DNA of 64,000 nt from Promethearchaeota archaeon (lineage in GTDB: Archaea; Asgardarchaeota; Lokiarchaeia; Sigyniarchaeales; SOKP01). The position numbers were made by a program, and so were the translations under genes. Under the pieces are notes generated by a model that saw only the letters and a program-made list of their open reading frames with translations, was not told the origin of the DNA and did no database searches. The stretch lies in contig RDOA01000012.1 of assembly GCA_011364925.1 (NCBI GenBank), positions 15,048 to 79,047 on the forward strand. The letters are read 5' to 3'. Within the stretch, counting starts at the first letter, position 1. Each line of letters starts with the position of its first letter. Below, piece by piece: positions 1 through 9,086 of this stretch.

Positions 1-915
1 GTCGTATAAATCAAAATCTATTTTAATTTTGGTTAAGTCTTTTAATTTAGTTAATACATATGGAAAGATGGCTTCATACATGTTTGGAGTACCTTGTGAA
101 AACCAAGTAACGCGCTCTTGCCCCAATCCCATATCAAGGACTTTAAGTTTTAACTCTTGAGGGCCTTCAGGTGTTTGCTCGAACATTGTGTAGACTTGAT
201 TAAAAAGTTCCACACCTCTACTAAAAAATTCGAGACTACAACCAAACGAGCCACCTCCTGCCCAACTATCTTCATGAATTGTAATTTCTTCTTTTGGTAA
301 CCCTATACCCTCATGAATAAAAGCATGGATATCTAAAAAAAGTTCACCTTGGTTCCATTCTTCTGGTTGTACAAAAACATGCTGACCAATCATTACAAAA
401 CCAGTATTGTGTGAGCCTGTTAAGCCTACATTCTCAATGTCATTAAATCTCAAACAAAATTGTGGTATGATAATTTTTTTTGCAGGTGGTTCGACTTCAC
501 CCGTAATAACATAAGGTTGAAAAGCTGATATCGATGCTATGGTGAATTCTGATGTGGGATTCCATCTCGCCACGCATGGATATCTTTTGATTGGTAAATA
601 TCCTCTAGGTTCTAATATTTCGACAAATTTTTGCCATACGCCTACAAAAGAAAGTTTCACTTTAGCAGGATTATTAGTAGTTACTTGAAATCCACCAGAA
701 CATACTGGTTCTCCGCACACAGTTCTTTCTTTTAGCATAGTCCAGAAGTAATTGCCGCAACAATCACAGTGCTTTCTCATGTATCCTAACTGTCTTAGTT
801 CTTGGGTTGGGAAATAATTATCTGGATTCTTAGATGCTATTATTTTAAATATTTTTTTTAGCTCCTTGTCGTTAGTAGCGTCTTTCAATTGTAATCTTTC
901 TTCATTGGATAACAT
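1..915 (-). CDS. alaS: Alanyl-tRNA synthetase, N-terminal catalytic part (gene runs off the window start)
   Basis: Not in the ORF track because it is truncated. My minus-strand translation from the ATG at 913-915 reads MLSNEERLQ...LGYMRKHCDCCGNYFWT...RYPCVARWNP..IASISAFQPYV..EDSWAGGGSFGCSLEFF..LDMGLGQERVTWF. These motifs are typical of the archaeal class II AlaRS N-terminus (CxxC..FW knuckle, WAGGG, GxGxER). The frame stays open to position 1. Confidence 0.85.
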   Translation of the reverse strand, partial: MLSNEERLQLKDATNDKELKKIFKIIASKNPDNYFPTQELRQLGYMRKHCDCCGNYFWTMLKERTVCGEPVCSGGFQVTTNNPAKVKLSFVGVWQKFVEILEPRGYLPIKRYPCVARWNPTSEFTIASISAFQPYVITGEVEPPAKKIIIPQFCLRFNDIENVGLTGSHNTGFVMIGQHVFVQPEEWNQGELFLDIHAFIHEGIGLPKEEITIHEDSWAGGGSFGCSLEFFSRGVELFNQVYTMFEQTPEGPQELKLKVLDMGLGQERVTWFSQGTPNMYEAIFPYVLTKLKDLTKIKIDFDLYD

Positions 916-1114
916 ATGAATCAAAAGCGAAGGTTTGATAATCGTCTAATATTTTTAATTAATACAATTAATGACATCCTAAAATCTTTTTCTCTTAATT
1001 ATGGATATTAAATCTGATGGAGATATTGTTTTTTACGAAATTGTAAAATCTTTTATATAGGAGTAAGATAATAAATCGTAACTTTATGAATACATGATAG
1101 AGAGGTGAAAATAT

Positions 1115-1423
1115 ATGGTAAAAATAATGATGGTCGCTAAATACCCTCCTCATAAATTAAACGAAATAATTAAAACTTATATGAGAACTGACAAACCAGC
1201 TTACCCAGATTTTTTGAAGAAGGTAGAACACTGGGCTGCACAAATTACTGACGACAAACAGAAAACATACGCAGTATATGAATGTCCAGACGATAAGATT
1301 ATTGAAAGTATGACTGCTCTAGCTAAAAGATTCAATTTCTATGCGACTGTAGAAGGATATACATTTAAAATGGAACTTCTTATGGAAGCCGAAGCTGCCA
1401 TTAAAGAGTTTTTAAAAAAGTAG
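1115..1423 (+). CDS. Small hypothetical protein (102 aa)
   Basis: Clean ORF in its own intergenic space, with a GAGGTG Shine-Dalgarno-like element a few nt upstream. No family recognised. Confidence 0.4.
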   Translation: MVKIMMVAKYPPHKLNEIIKTYMRTDKPAYPDFLKKVEHWAAQITDDKQKTYAVYECPDDKIIESMTALAKRFNFYATVEGYTFKMELLMEAEAAIKEFLKK

Positions 1424-1463
1424 GTCTTAATAAATAATATAAAATTTTTTTAATTTTTTGATT

Positions 1464-1904
1464 TTATTCTAACTTCAAAATTTGGAGTCGCGAATATCCT
1501 TCCTTTATGAAATCATAATCTAGGAGCTCTATCTTTTCTGGGATTATTTTCAAGAGGAGTTTTCGTTTTCCTCGGACAATTTTTTGAGCTTTATCAAACT
1601 CTTCGTCTCCTTCCCTCAAAAAAAGGAGGCGATCTTTCCCTGAGGCTGTAATCTGTATACCCTGTATTTTACCCGTATTCATCGGAGTATATATACCAAT
1701 ACTGATGTTTGGATTTTCTTCGATATTCTTTACTTTTTTCCCGGGAGCAGGACCTACATAGATATTAAAATCATTAGAATTCTTATCCATGTAAAAATCC
1801 ATGGGTGTTGCTCTCGGTATCTTATCCGAACAAGTACAAAGTACAAGCACCTTTCTCTCTTTTAAAAATTTTCTTATCTCTTTTTTTAAATCTTCCTCGG
1901 GCAT
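1464..1904 (-). CDS. Pyridoxamine 5'-phosphate oxidase-like FMN-binding split-barrel protein (tentative)
   Basis: 146 aa. The pattern KVLVLCTC..PRATPMDFY...IYVGPAPGKKVKNIEENPNISIG resembles the PNPOx-like family. Size and motifs only. Confidence 0.45.
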   Translation of the reverse strand: MPEEDLKKEIRKFLKERKVLVLCTCSDKIPRATPMDFYMDKNSNDFNIYVGPAPGKKVKNIEENPNISIGIYTPMNTGKIQGIQITASGKDRLLFLREGDEEFDKAQKIVRGKRKLLLKIIPEKIELLDYDFIKEGYSRLQILKLE

Positions 1905-2027
1905 TACATTTCCTATGATAAAATCACCTTATATCAGTTAATATTCGTATAAGATTTTCAAAAAGAAAAGCTTAATGATAACAAGGTCGATTTTACGAAA
2001 TACTACATACTTAATTCTATTTTAAAG

Positions 2028-3164
2028 CTATCTTAAGCTATATAATGGAAATTCAGTTCCATTTACTGCCGCTTGCACATATGGAGAGATTGGGCCTCGA
2101 CCTAAAGCCATTATTCTTATCTTAGATCCTAATGATGGATTTAGGGAAGTCCCGAATTTAAGTGAAGCTTCTTCAGGAATTTCACTTGATATTGTTGAGA
2201 TAATTCTATCAATTTTAGACAAAGATAATTGATGATCTCCCGAAACTGAAACAATGCATTTGTCAACTTTCTTAGTGTCGGGTTCTAAGAGAGGATTATG
2301 CAGTGCCAATTTTGACTTTTTTATAAGATCAGCTTCTTCCCCTAGAGATTCAGTTATACCGATTAATCCTGAAGGTAAATCCCCCTTTTTTTCAAGAACT
2401 TTTCTTACATCAGCGTAATCAATGTTTATCAGACCACAGTTATTAATTAAGCCAATTATTTCTTTTATAGACCTAATTAAAACTTCGTCCATTACCTTAA
2501 ACCCAGCTAAAATTGGCAATTTTTGGTTAAAACGAAGTAGATTATCGTTTGGAATAGGTATTAAGGTATCAGAATATTTAATTAGTTCTTTTAAACCTTT
2601 ACTTGCTCTTAATCTTCTTTCTGTTCCTTCGGATGTAAAGGGAACCGAACAGAAAGAAACAATGGTTGCCTTATTCTTTTTTGCTTCTCGGGCAATAACA
2701 GGTGCTGCCCCAGTACCAGTGCCTCCTCCCAAGCCAAATGTTAAAAACACAACATCAGCGTTTAACACTTGAGATAGGCGATCGACATCCTCCTCAGCTG
2801 CAGCATTACCAATACTAGGATCGTTTCCTGACCCTAAACCGTTACATGTTTCCTTTCCAATTAATAATTTTTGATTTGAGCTAGAATAATACAAATCATG
2901 TGCATCAGTATTGATATTTAGAGTTTCAACAAATTCTGAATCTATGTCCTGCATTCGAGAAACAGTATTATTACCGGCTCCACCCACCCCAATGACTAAC
3001 GATTTTATTTTTAAAACTTTCAATAAATCAGAAAGGTACGTATCATTATCTAAATTCGAAGAATTATTAGAATTCACATTATGATGGGCAATTTCGTTAA
3101 ATCTAGATCTTACCGATACTCGTGAGTTTACGATTTCGCTTATATCAAAGGTATCTTCATCCAT
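2028..3164 (-). CDS. ftsZ: Cell division GTPase FtsZ (tubulin/FtsZ family)
   Basis: GVGGAGNNTVSRM, NTDAHDL, the tubulin signature GLGGGTGTGAAPVIA, and PFTSEG. N-terminal N/S-rich extension. Confidence 0.9.
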   Translation of the reverse strand: MDEDTFDISEIVNSRVSVRSRFNEIAHHNVNSNNSSNLDNDTYLSDLLKVLKIKSLVIGVGGAGNNTVSRMQDIDSEFVETLNINTDAHDLYYSSSNQKLLIGKETCNGLGSGNDPSIGNAAAEEDVDRLSQVLNADVVFLTFGLGGGTGTGAAPVIAREAKKNKATIVSFCSVPFTSEGTERRLRASKGLKELIKYSDTLIPIPNDNLLRFNQKLPILAGFKVMDEVLIRSIKEIIGLINNCGLINIDYADVRKVLEKKGDLPSGLIGITESLGEEADLIKKSKLALHNPLLEPDTKKVDKCIVSVSGDHQLSLSKIDRIISTISSEIPEEASLKFGTSLNPSLGSKIRIMALGRGPISPYVQAAVNGTEFPLYSLR

Positions 3165-3501
3165 AAAAAGTTATCTCTAAGAGGAATAATTAGTTAATAA
3201 TATGTGTATTATATCCAAGTAATATAAGGAAGTAATATGCATGTAATATTAGGAAAACATGCGACAAACATCCTATTCAAATTTTCTTTGGTTTCATGAT
3301 AATTTTTAAAAAGAAAAAATTTCAACACCTTTATTGTTAAAATTTTTAAAACTAAATATTCTAAAAATTTAGAGAAATAAGGAACTAATTACTCTTTTTA
3401 TTCAACTTAGTTAAGTGTCCGTAAGTATAAAAATATAAAAAGCCGAGTGCAAAAATTTAAAAGACTGAAGACTATGTTATATATGCTCGGGGTTAACAAT
3501 T

Positions 3502-3741
3502 ATGGAAATTGAAATGAATAACAACGCAACTGAAACTTCTTTCAATGATTCAGAAAGGGAGGATTTAATCAAAGTCAGAGCTATAATTAGTTGCCCTTCT
3601 GGAGATTATAAGAAAAAGTTTAGAAATGAATTTCCTAGAAAAGATCTGGAGCTCATGGTCGTTGCTTTCAAAATCTTTGATTTTATGACTTGTTCTAAAT
3701 GTGGTGAACTCTTAAATCTTAACCTCGAATTTGAAATCTGA
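3502..3741 (+). CDS. Small hypothetical protein (79 aa)
   Basis: ORF only. Contains a single CSKCGE half-site. No family recognised. Confidence 0.3.
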   Translation: MEIEMNNNATETSFNDSEREDLIKVRAIISCPSGDYKKKFRNEFPRKDLELMVVAFKIFDFMTCSKCGELLNLNLEFEI

Positions 3742-3812
3742 TTTGTTTAATTAAGAGTTGGGTTAAATCTATATAAAAGTGAACATAACTCTTGTCCCAA
3801 TCCTTAGAATAA

Positions 3813-5123
3813 CTAAATACTAAGTTTAATCTGCCCATAGGTTCCACCTCCCCCGGGAGTGTATTCTATTTTATCTTGCCTTATTGCTTCTATAACAAAT
3901 CCAACTCTTTCGTCGTATTTTTTGATATCTTCAATTGGAACGTTTAATATAATATCAAATTCTGTTCCTAGTTTTTCAATTATATTATTATATGCGTTCA
4001 TCACGGTTGTACTTGAAGCACTTTTAATATTTTTAACAGAACGAATGATATCTATTAATGGTACAGCGTTTATATAAGACGGTCGATGTTCGGGGTGAAT
4101 AGGCACTCTTGATGTAGAAATCACTTCAATTCTCTCACTTACTCCTAATTTAATCTTAACATTTTTTGTAAATTTTTCCTTGCAAGCAGGACAGGTCATT
4201 CTTTCTTTAGCGACATTTTCGATATATTCTTGTTTAGATTTAATAGGATCGTTTGTAATGATTTTAATAAACTCGTCTGATATTGCGTATTGATTAAAAA
4301 GAGAATTGCCTTGTTTTGCAGTCTTTTTGAATAATATTCTTCTTCTACATTTATTGCAGAACATATTGTAATATTTTCCTAACTTAGGGTGAAGTCCTAC
4401 ATTTAAATTAACTTTACGTCTACTTTTTCCCTCAATCGCTAAAACTACCTCTTCAAAAGAGGGATTTTCCATAGTAAGTCTGTTAAATTCTCTACCTAAG
4501 GATCTAGGACTTTCAGAATGAGCATCACTATTACTTAAGAATGTGATATGTTTAAGACAATCTAACCTATCTGCTAAATCTGTATTAGCGGATAATCCTA
4601 ACTCTAAAAAGCTCACTTTTTTTGTAGCATCTTGATAACATTCTTCAAGTGTTTTGAATTTATTTTGACGAAATATAGCTTTAAATGGTGTAAAAGCGTG
4701 TGCGGGTCCAATAATCGCTCCATAATCGGTGATTATATCCACAAGCTCGGCCGGACTTAAGTTTACTCTTGGACGACCTCCCCATTCATCCAAGATATTT
4801 TTTGAATAAGAACTAATCTTTTTTTGAACATCTCTTACCGAAGAAAAATTGGGAAAGAAAACTACTTGATGAACGCTTTCTTGGTCTTCAATTTCAGTTT
4901 GTAAGATGAAATATACACCTTTATACGAAAGTGATCCGTCATTTTCCTTTATCAAGTTTTTTTCTAAATATTTTAACCAATTTGGTTGTAATACATCTCC
5001 GGTTCCAAGGATATCAAGTCCTTTTTTCTTACATGTTTCAACCATTGTATCTAAATTTAAATTTTTTGATACTGCTATTGAATGAGGAGAATGGATATGT
5101 AAATCAGAATTGAAAGACTCCAT
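3813..5123 (-). CDS. PHP-domain protein, endonuclease Q-like (TIGR00375-type)
   Basis: N-terminal DLHIHSPHS PHP metal site, later SNSDAHS, an internal CNKCRRR...CPACK zinc-finger pair, and a length of about 430 aa as in archaeal EndoQ. Confidence 0.6.
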   Translation of the reverse strand: MESFNSDLHIHSPHSIAVSKNLNLDTMVETCKKKGLDILGTGDVLQPNWLKYLEKNLIKENDGSLSYKGVYFILQTEIEDQESVHQVVFFPNFSSVRDVQKKISSYSKNILDEWGGRPRVNLSPAELVDIITDYGAIIGPAHAFTPFKAIFRQNKFKTLEECYQDATKKVSFLELGLSANTDLADRLDCLKHITFLSNSDAHSESPRSLGREFNRLTMENPSFEEVVLAIEGKSRRKVNLNVGLHPKLGKYYNMFCNKCRRRILFKKTAKQGNSLFNQYAISDEFIKIITNDPIKSKQEYIENVAKERMTCPACKEKFTKNVKIKLGVSERIEVISTSRVPIHPEHRPSYINAVPLIDIIRSVKNIKSASSTTVMNAYNNIIEKLGTEFDIILNVPIEDIKKYDERVGFVIEAIRQDKIEYTPGGGGTYGQIKLSI

Positions 5124-5147
5124 CAGTTCATCAAAAAATTCAATCCA

Positions 5148-6221
5148 TTAAATACCATTTGCTTTTAATTTAGACCCTAGCTCAATCCATTCTTTAGCTT
5201 TGTCAATATTTCCTAACTTCTCATGGCAACGCGCCGCTGATTCCCAAAAATCTACTTCTGAAGGGTCGAGAGAAACAACTTTATCGAAGTGAATCAATGC
5301 TTTTTTATAATTATTTTTTACATCGCAATATATCTTCCCTAATTTCTTAAGAGCATTTATATTATCTGGATCCATTTTCAGAGTATTTTGATAATAAAAA
5401 ATAGCCTTATCGTAATCATGTAACGCGTTATAACTGAATGCTAAATTTTCGTATAGCACCGGATCTTCCTCTTGGAGTTTTAAGGCTTCCTTATAACAGT
5501 TTATTGATTTTTCATAGTCTTCTTTAAAGGTATAAGAAAGACCAAGATTATTCCAAGCTTCAATGAAGGTAGGGTCGATTTCTGTCGCTTTTTTATACGA
5601 ATCAATAGCTAAATCGTAGTTGTTTGTCTCATACGCAACGTCTCCTAAATCAAACCACAATTCAGCATTATTAGGGTCAAGATCGATGGCTTTTTTATAA
5701 TACTTTATTGCTTCATCATAGTTCTGAGTATCGTAATATATTATGGCAAGATTGTTATGGAGAAGAAGCTCATCCGGATTAATCTTTAAAGCTTTTTTAT
5801 AGCAATTTATAGCTTCTTCATACTGTTCCTTGTCTCTGTAGATTAAAGCAATATTATTCCAAACATCTGTATAGCTTGGTTCGTATTCTAAGGCGATTTT
5901 GTAATATTTTAATGCATTATCATGATCTTCTAAATCTTCGTATGCAAATCCCATGTTATAGTAAGCAACTGCATCATCAGGGTCTATTTCAATTGCTTTT
6001 TGATAGCATTTTATTGCTTCTTCATATTGGCGTAGCATGCTAAATGAGAGTCCAAGATTATTCCACACTTCTGAAAAATAGGGGTTGATTTCTATAGCCC
6101 TTTCATAAGCTTCTATTGCTTCCTCAAATGCGTTTTCATCGTAATACGCATCTGCTAAATTGATCCACGCATCAACATCATTAGGATCTAATTCTGCTGA
6201 CTTTTTGTATCTCTCAATCAT
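5148..6221 (-). CDS. Tetratricopeptide (TPR) repeat protein
   Basis: About ten tandem 34-aa repeats of the form W.NLG..Y....YEEAI..Y.KAIEIDP. Confidence 0.9.
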   Translation of the reverse strand: MIERYKKSAELDPNDVDAWINLADAYYDENAFEEAIEAYERAIEINPYFSEVWNNLGLSFSMLRQYEEAIKCYQKAIEIDPDDAVAYYNMGFAYEDLEDHDNALKYYKIALEYEPSYTDVWNNIALIYRDKEQYEEAINCYKKALKINPDELLLHNNLAIIYYDTQNYDEAIKYYKKAIDLDPNNAELWFDLGDVAYETNNYDLAIDSYKKATEIDPTFIEAWNNLGLSYTFKEDYEKSINCYKEALKLQEEDPVLYENLAFSYNALHDYDKAIFYYQNTLKMDPDNINALKKLGKIYCDVKNNYKKALIHFDKVVSLDPSEVDFWESAARCHEKLGNIDKAKEWIELGSKLKANGI

Positions 6222-6292
6222 TTTAAAATCAGATAATCTATAGAAAAATAAAGTTTGATTACTATTATTTTTTTTGGATTTTTAAAATATTT

Positions 6293-7339
6293 TTAATTAC
6301 TAGCAATAACTATCATTTTATCATGAATTTGGTCTGTCAACAATATTCTCAGATGGGGTTCATCAGTTTTAAATCTTACTTCTTCTAACTTACCCTCAAC
6401 GAGTACAGACTCGCCTTCAATTGCCTGTTCACAAAACCTTCCTCGAAAAGAGCTAACTTCACTTATGTTATCTAATTTGATACTTTTTCCAATAATTTTG
6501 CTTTCTAGCACTTTTACACAGCTAATTTCATATGAACAGGGAGTAAAGATTGAATTGGTTGAATCTATTAGATTTGCTTTTACTTTAATCCTTCCTAGAT
6601 TTTTGAATTGATAATCGTAGTATGTTCCCTTCCAGTCATTAGGATCTTTTATATACCTGATAAAGAAATCGATTCCATGGTATTTTCCTTGATGTAACTT
6701 CCTTTTTTCACTCTTTAAAAAACTCTCGAAACTAATGTTAGAACCTCCTACCCTCCATTTATAGTGGTCTTTATATTCAGATAAGTTGTAGGATCTACAA
6801 TCGTTTGGAGTGAGAAGAATTTGTTTTAACTTATCTTGAAACTCTAAAATATTATGAGTTCCATATATCATTATATCTATATCAGAATCAGCCAAACCCA
6901 ATCCAATCATTGGTGATCCAGAAATTCCAATTGCATCTTCTGGTATTGATCCGTCTGTAATTAATAATTTACAAAGATTTCTGGAATGAAGCTCCAGTTT
7001 TGTTAATTCTTTTTTCAAATTAAGCAATTTATAATATTCTTTGGGAGTGTATATTTTCTCTATATCTCCATTTTTTACGCCCTGAACTCTTAAATCAAGT
7101 TCCTTTGAAAAAAAAATAAATTGAGGGTATTTTTCTTCGAGTTTCAAATATCTTTCGTCCAATGAATAGATTTTTCTATATTTTCTGCCTTCCTTTATTC
7201 GTTCACCATTCTGATCGGGAACAAACCTTAAAAAACAAATTTTGCGATCTCGAGGATGGTGATAACCTTTTATATCAAAAAACAAATGGTCATCTTTGGT
7301 TTCGAGGTAATCCCCTTCAATTCCTTTTGGAATGTTCAT
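6293..7339 (-). CDS. Pol-beta superfamily nucleotidyltransferase with C-terminal OB-like domain (COG1665-like, tentative)
   Basis: GISGSPMIGLGLADSDIDIMIYG gives the GS...DxD signature of minimal nucleotidyltransferases. The C-terminal third is beta-rich and OB-like. Confidence 0.55.
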   Translation of the reverse strand: MNIPKGIEGDYLETKDDHLFFDIKGYHHPRDRKICFLRFVPDQNGERIKEGRKYRKIYSLDERYLKLEEKYPQFIFFSKELDLRVQGVKNGDIEKIYTPKEYYKLLNLKKELTKLELHSRNLCKLLITDGSIPEDAIGISGSPMIGLGLADSDIDIMIYGTHNILEFQDKLKQILLTPNDCRSYNLSEYKDHYKWRVGGSNISFESFLKSEKRKLHQGKYHGIDFFIRYIKDPNDWKGTYYDYQFKNLGRIKVKANLIDSTNSIFTPCSYEISCVKVLESKIIGKSIKLDNISEVSSFRGRFCEQAIEGESVLVEGKLEEVRFKTDEPHLRILLTDQIHDKMIVIASN

Positions 7340-7359
7340 AAGTCTTTTAAATTTAGTAA

Positions 7360-8463
7360 TTAATATTTTGAAGGTGTCTTCGATTTTATTTGATACTTGG
7401 GAATTTCTTTTATTTTTTGTAATTCTCTTTCAAACTCTTTTTTCTCTTTAAGAAATCTCTCCTTATCACTATCTAACTTTTGCCTTTCTTTTCTTATTGA
7501 AATCTTCTCATCTTCTATTTTTGATTTTTCTTTTTCTATATTTTTTATGTCATCGTTTAATTTTTTCAATTTCTTTTCTGAATTCTGAATTTTATGTTCT
7601 AATGAATAATAAGCGTCTTCTGCTTGAGGCACCTTTCTGTCTAATTCTTTCAGTCGAGCTTCTTGCCCTTTTTTCTTACGTTCTAGTTCTCTAACATCAT
7701 TATCAACATTTTCTTTAAATTTTCCTAGTTTTTCTTTCTTTTTCTCAATATCGCGGGCTTTAAGGTTCAAATTTTGTTTCTTGTATCGAACTTTTTCTTT
7801 TTCATCTTTTAACCTTCTTTTTTCATCTTCAATTCGATTTTTTTCATCTGTGATTTCTCTTTTCAAATTATTAATTTCTTTGTTTAAATTATCCCGTTCT
7901 CTTGTTAAGTTTTTAACTTCGTTTCTTAAGTCCATTAAATTGTTTTCTAACTTTTCAATTGTTCTTTCTAATGCGTCTTCTCTCCGTTCCATTCCAGGTA
8001 ATTTCGTTTTTATTTCTTTAATTCTTTCTTTTGCTTTTGCTTTTTCTTTTTCTATATTTCTCTTTTCGTTCTCTAGTTCTTCCCTAATGCCATCTAACTT
8101 CTCTTGATATCGCTCTAAATCAGCAGTTTTCTGATCTAGCTCTCTCTCTTTCGCATGTAGTTCGTTTTTACTACTGTTTATTTCGTTTCTCATTCTATCT
8201 AATTCCAATTTTAAGTCCTCGTATTGCTTTTGAAGTTCTCTGACTTCAAGTTCTTTTTGTTTTCTTTTTTTTTCTAATTCTTCAATATTTTCGTTATATC
8301 CGTCAATTTTATTGATTACTCGCTCCCATTCATTCTTCTCCTTATTCAATTTAATTCTTTCTTCTTTAATTTTTTTAAGAAGCTTCCCATCAACGCTTTT
8401 ATCTAACTCTTCCTCAGGAGTTTTTTCTCGGATTTGATACTTTGGAATTGGTTTTTCCTTCAT
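7360..8463 (-). CDS. Long K/E-rich coiled-coil protein with IPKYQI(R/K)xKTP motifs at both termini
   Basis: 367 aa, almost entirely heptad-like charged sequence. The N-terminus reads PIPKYQIREKTPE and the C-terminus reads EIPKYQIKSKTPSKY. Confidence 0.7.
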   Translation of the reverse strand: MKEKPIPKYQIREKTPEEELDKSVDGKLLKKIKEERIKLNKEKNEWERVINKIDGYNENIEELEKKRKQKELEVRELQKQYEDLKLELDRMRNEINSSKNELHAKERELDQKTADLERYQEKLDGIREELENEKRNIEKEKAKAKERIKEIKTKLPGMERREDALERTIEKLENNLMDLRNEVKNLTRERDNLNKEINNLKREITDEKNRIEDEKRRLKDEKEKVRYKKQNLNLKARDIEKKKEKLGKFKENVDNDVRELERKKKGQEARLKELDRKVPQAEDAYYSLEHKIQNSEKKLKKLNDDIKNIEKEKSKIEDEKISIRKERQKLDSDKERFLKEKKEFERELQKIKEIPKYQIKSKTPSKY

Positions 8464-8643
8464 GCCATTTCTTTAACTCATATTACCTAATATTATTAAT
8501 ATATTGATTCGAATTCTAAAGTGTTTGTAATTTCTTTTAAAGAGGATTTTTGATTTAGTCAATTTTATTTAAATAGCTTAATTTCCATTATTTTCTTAAA
8601 TATAATTTAAATGTACTTAATCTAAATTCATGGTGTTAATCTA

Positions 8644-9045
8644 ATGGATTTTGACGAGGAATTTGATAAGGAGTTCGACGAAGAATTGGAGGAGGATTTT
8701 GACGAAAACTTAGATGAAGATTTTGACGAACCTACTTCAAAAACTCCTCCTGACGATGTTAAAGTTAAGACTCCAGAACCTCATCTCCCTCCTGAAGGAA
8801 AAAAGATATCTGTATTTTTTCTTTCTACTATTGGTCCGGGAGAAAAAAAACAAAAATTACTAGTATATACTGGTAATAAAGTTGGAGACATTAAAGATAC
8901 TGTGGCAAATTTGTTTGCGCTAGATCCATCCGATTTCCATTTGTCTTCAGGAGGAGTGACAATGGATGAGACATCTTACCTAAGCGATTATAATGTAGAT
9001 GAAGGAGATGACATATTATTAATTCCTGCTAGCGTAGCAGGTTGA
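8644..9045 (+). CDS. Ubiquitin-like beta-grasp protein A, acidic repeat N-terminal extension, C-terminus ...LLIPASVAG-stop
   Basis: The C-terminal 80 aa (KKISVFF...DIKDTV..LF..DP.DFHLSSGGVTMDE...DYNV..GDDILLIPASVAG) has ubiquitin-like spacing and ends in Gly. It is a close paralog of 10898-11230. GGTG RBS about 9 nt upstream. Confidence 0.75.
   Translation: MDFDEEFDKEFDEELEEDFDENLDEDFDEPTSKTPPDDVKVKTPEPHLPPEGKKISVFFLSTIGPGEKKQKLLVYTGNKVGDIKDTVANLFALDPSDFHLSSGGVTMDETSYLSDYNVDEGDDILLIPASVAG
8650..8733 (+). repeat. Seven tandem tetrapeptide-coding repeats (F/L)-(D/E)-x-(E/D/N/P) inside Ubl-A
   Basis: Read as FDEE FDKE FDEE LEED FDEN LDED FDEP. At DNA level gattttgacga-like units recur every 12 nt. 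Confidence 0.8.
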
Positions 9046-9086
9046 GAACTAAGAAAGATATAAAAATCTTAAATTATTTTTTCATT

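Noticed and set aside
2422-2772. 116-aa + strand ORF inside ftsZ
   Set aside because: It lies entirely antisense to a gene with unmistakable FtsZ motifs. Its Gly/Pro/Ala run is the reverse-complement shadow of the GGGTGTG-coding region.
7397-8107. Three + strand ORFs (63, 65 and 108 aa) rich in F/S/L
   Set aside because: They are antisense shadows of the K/E-rich coiled-coil gene, since AAR/GAR codons read backwards give YTT/YTC. Low complexity and no independent signals.
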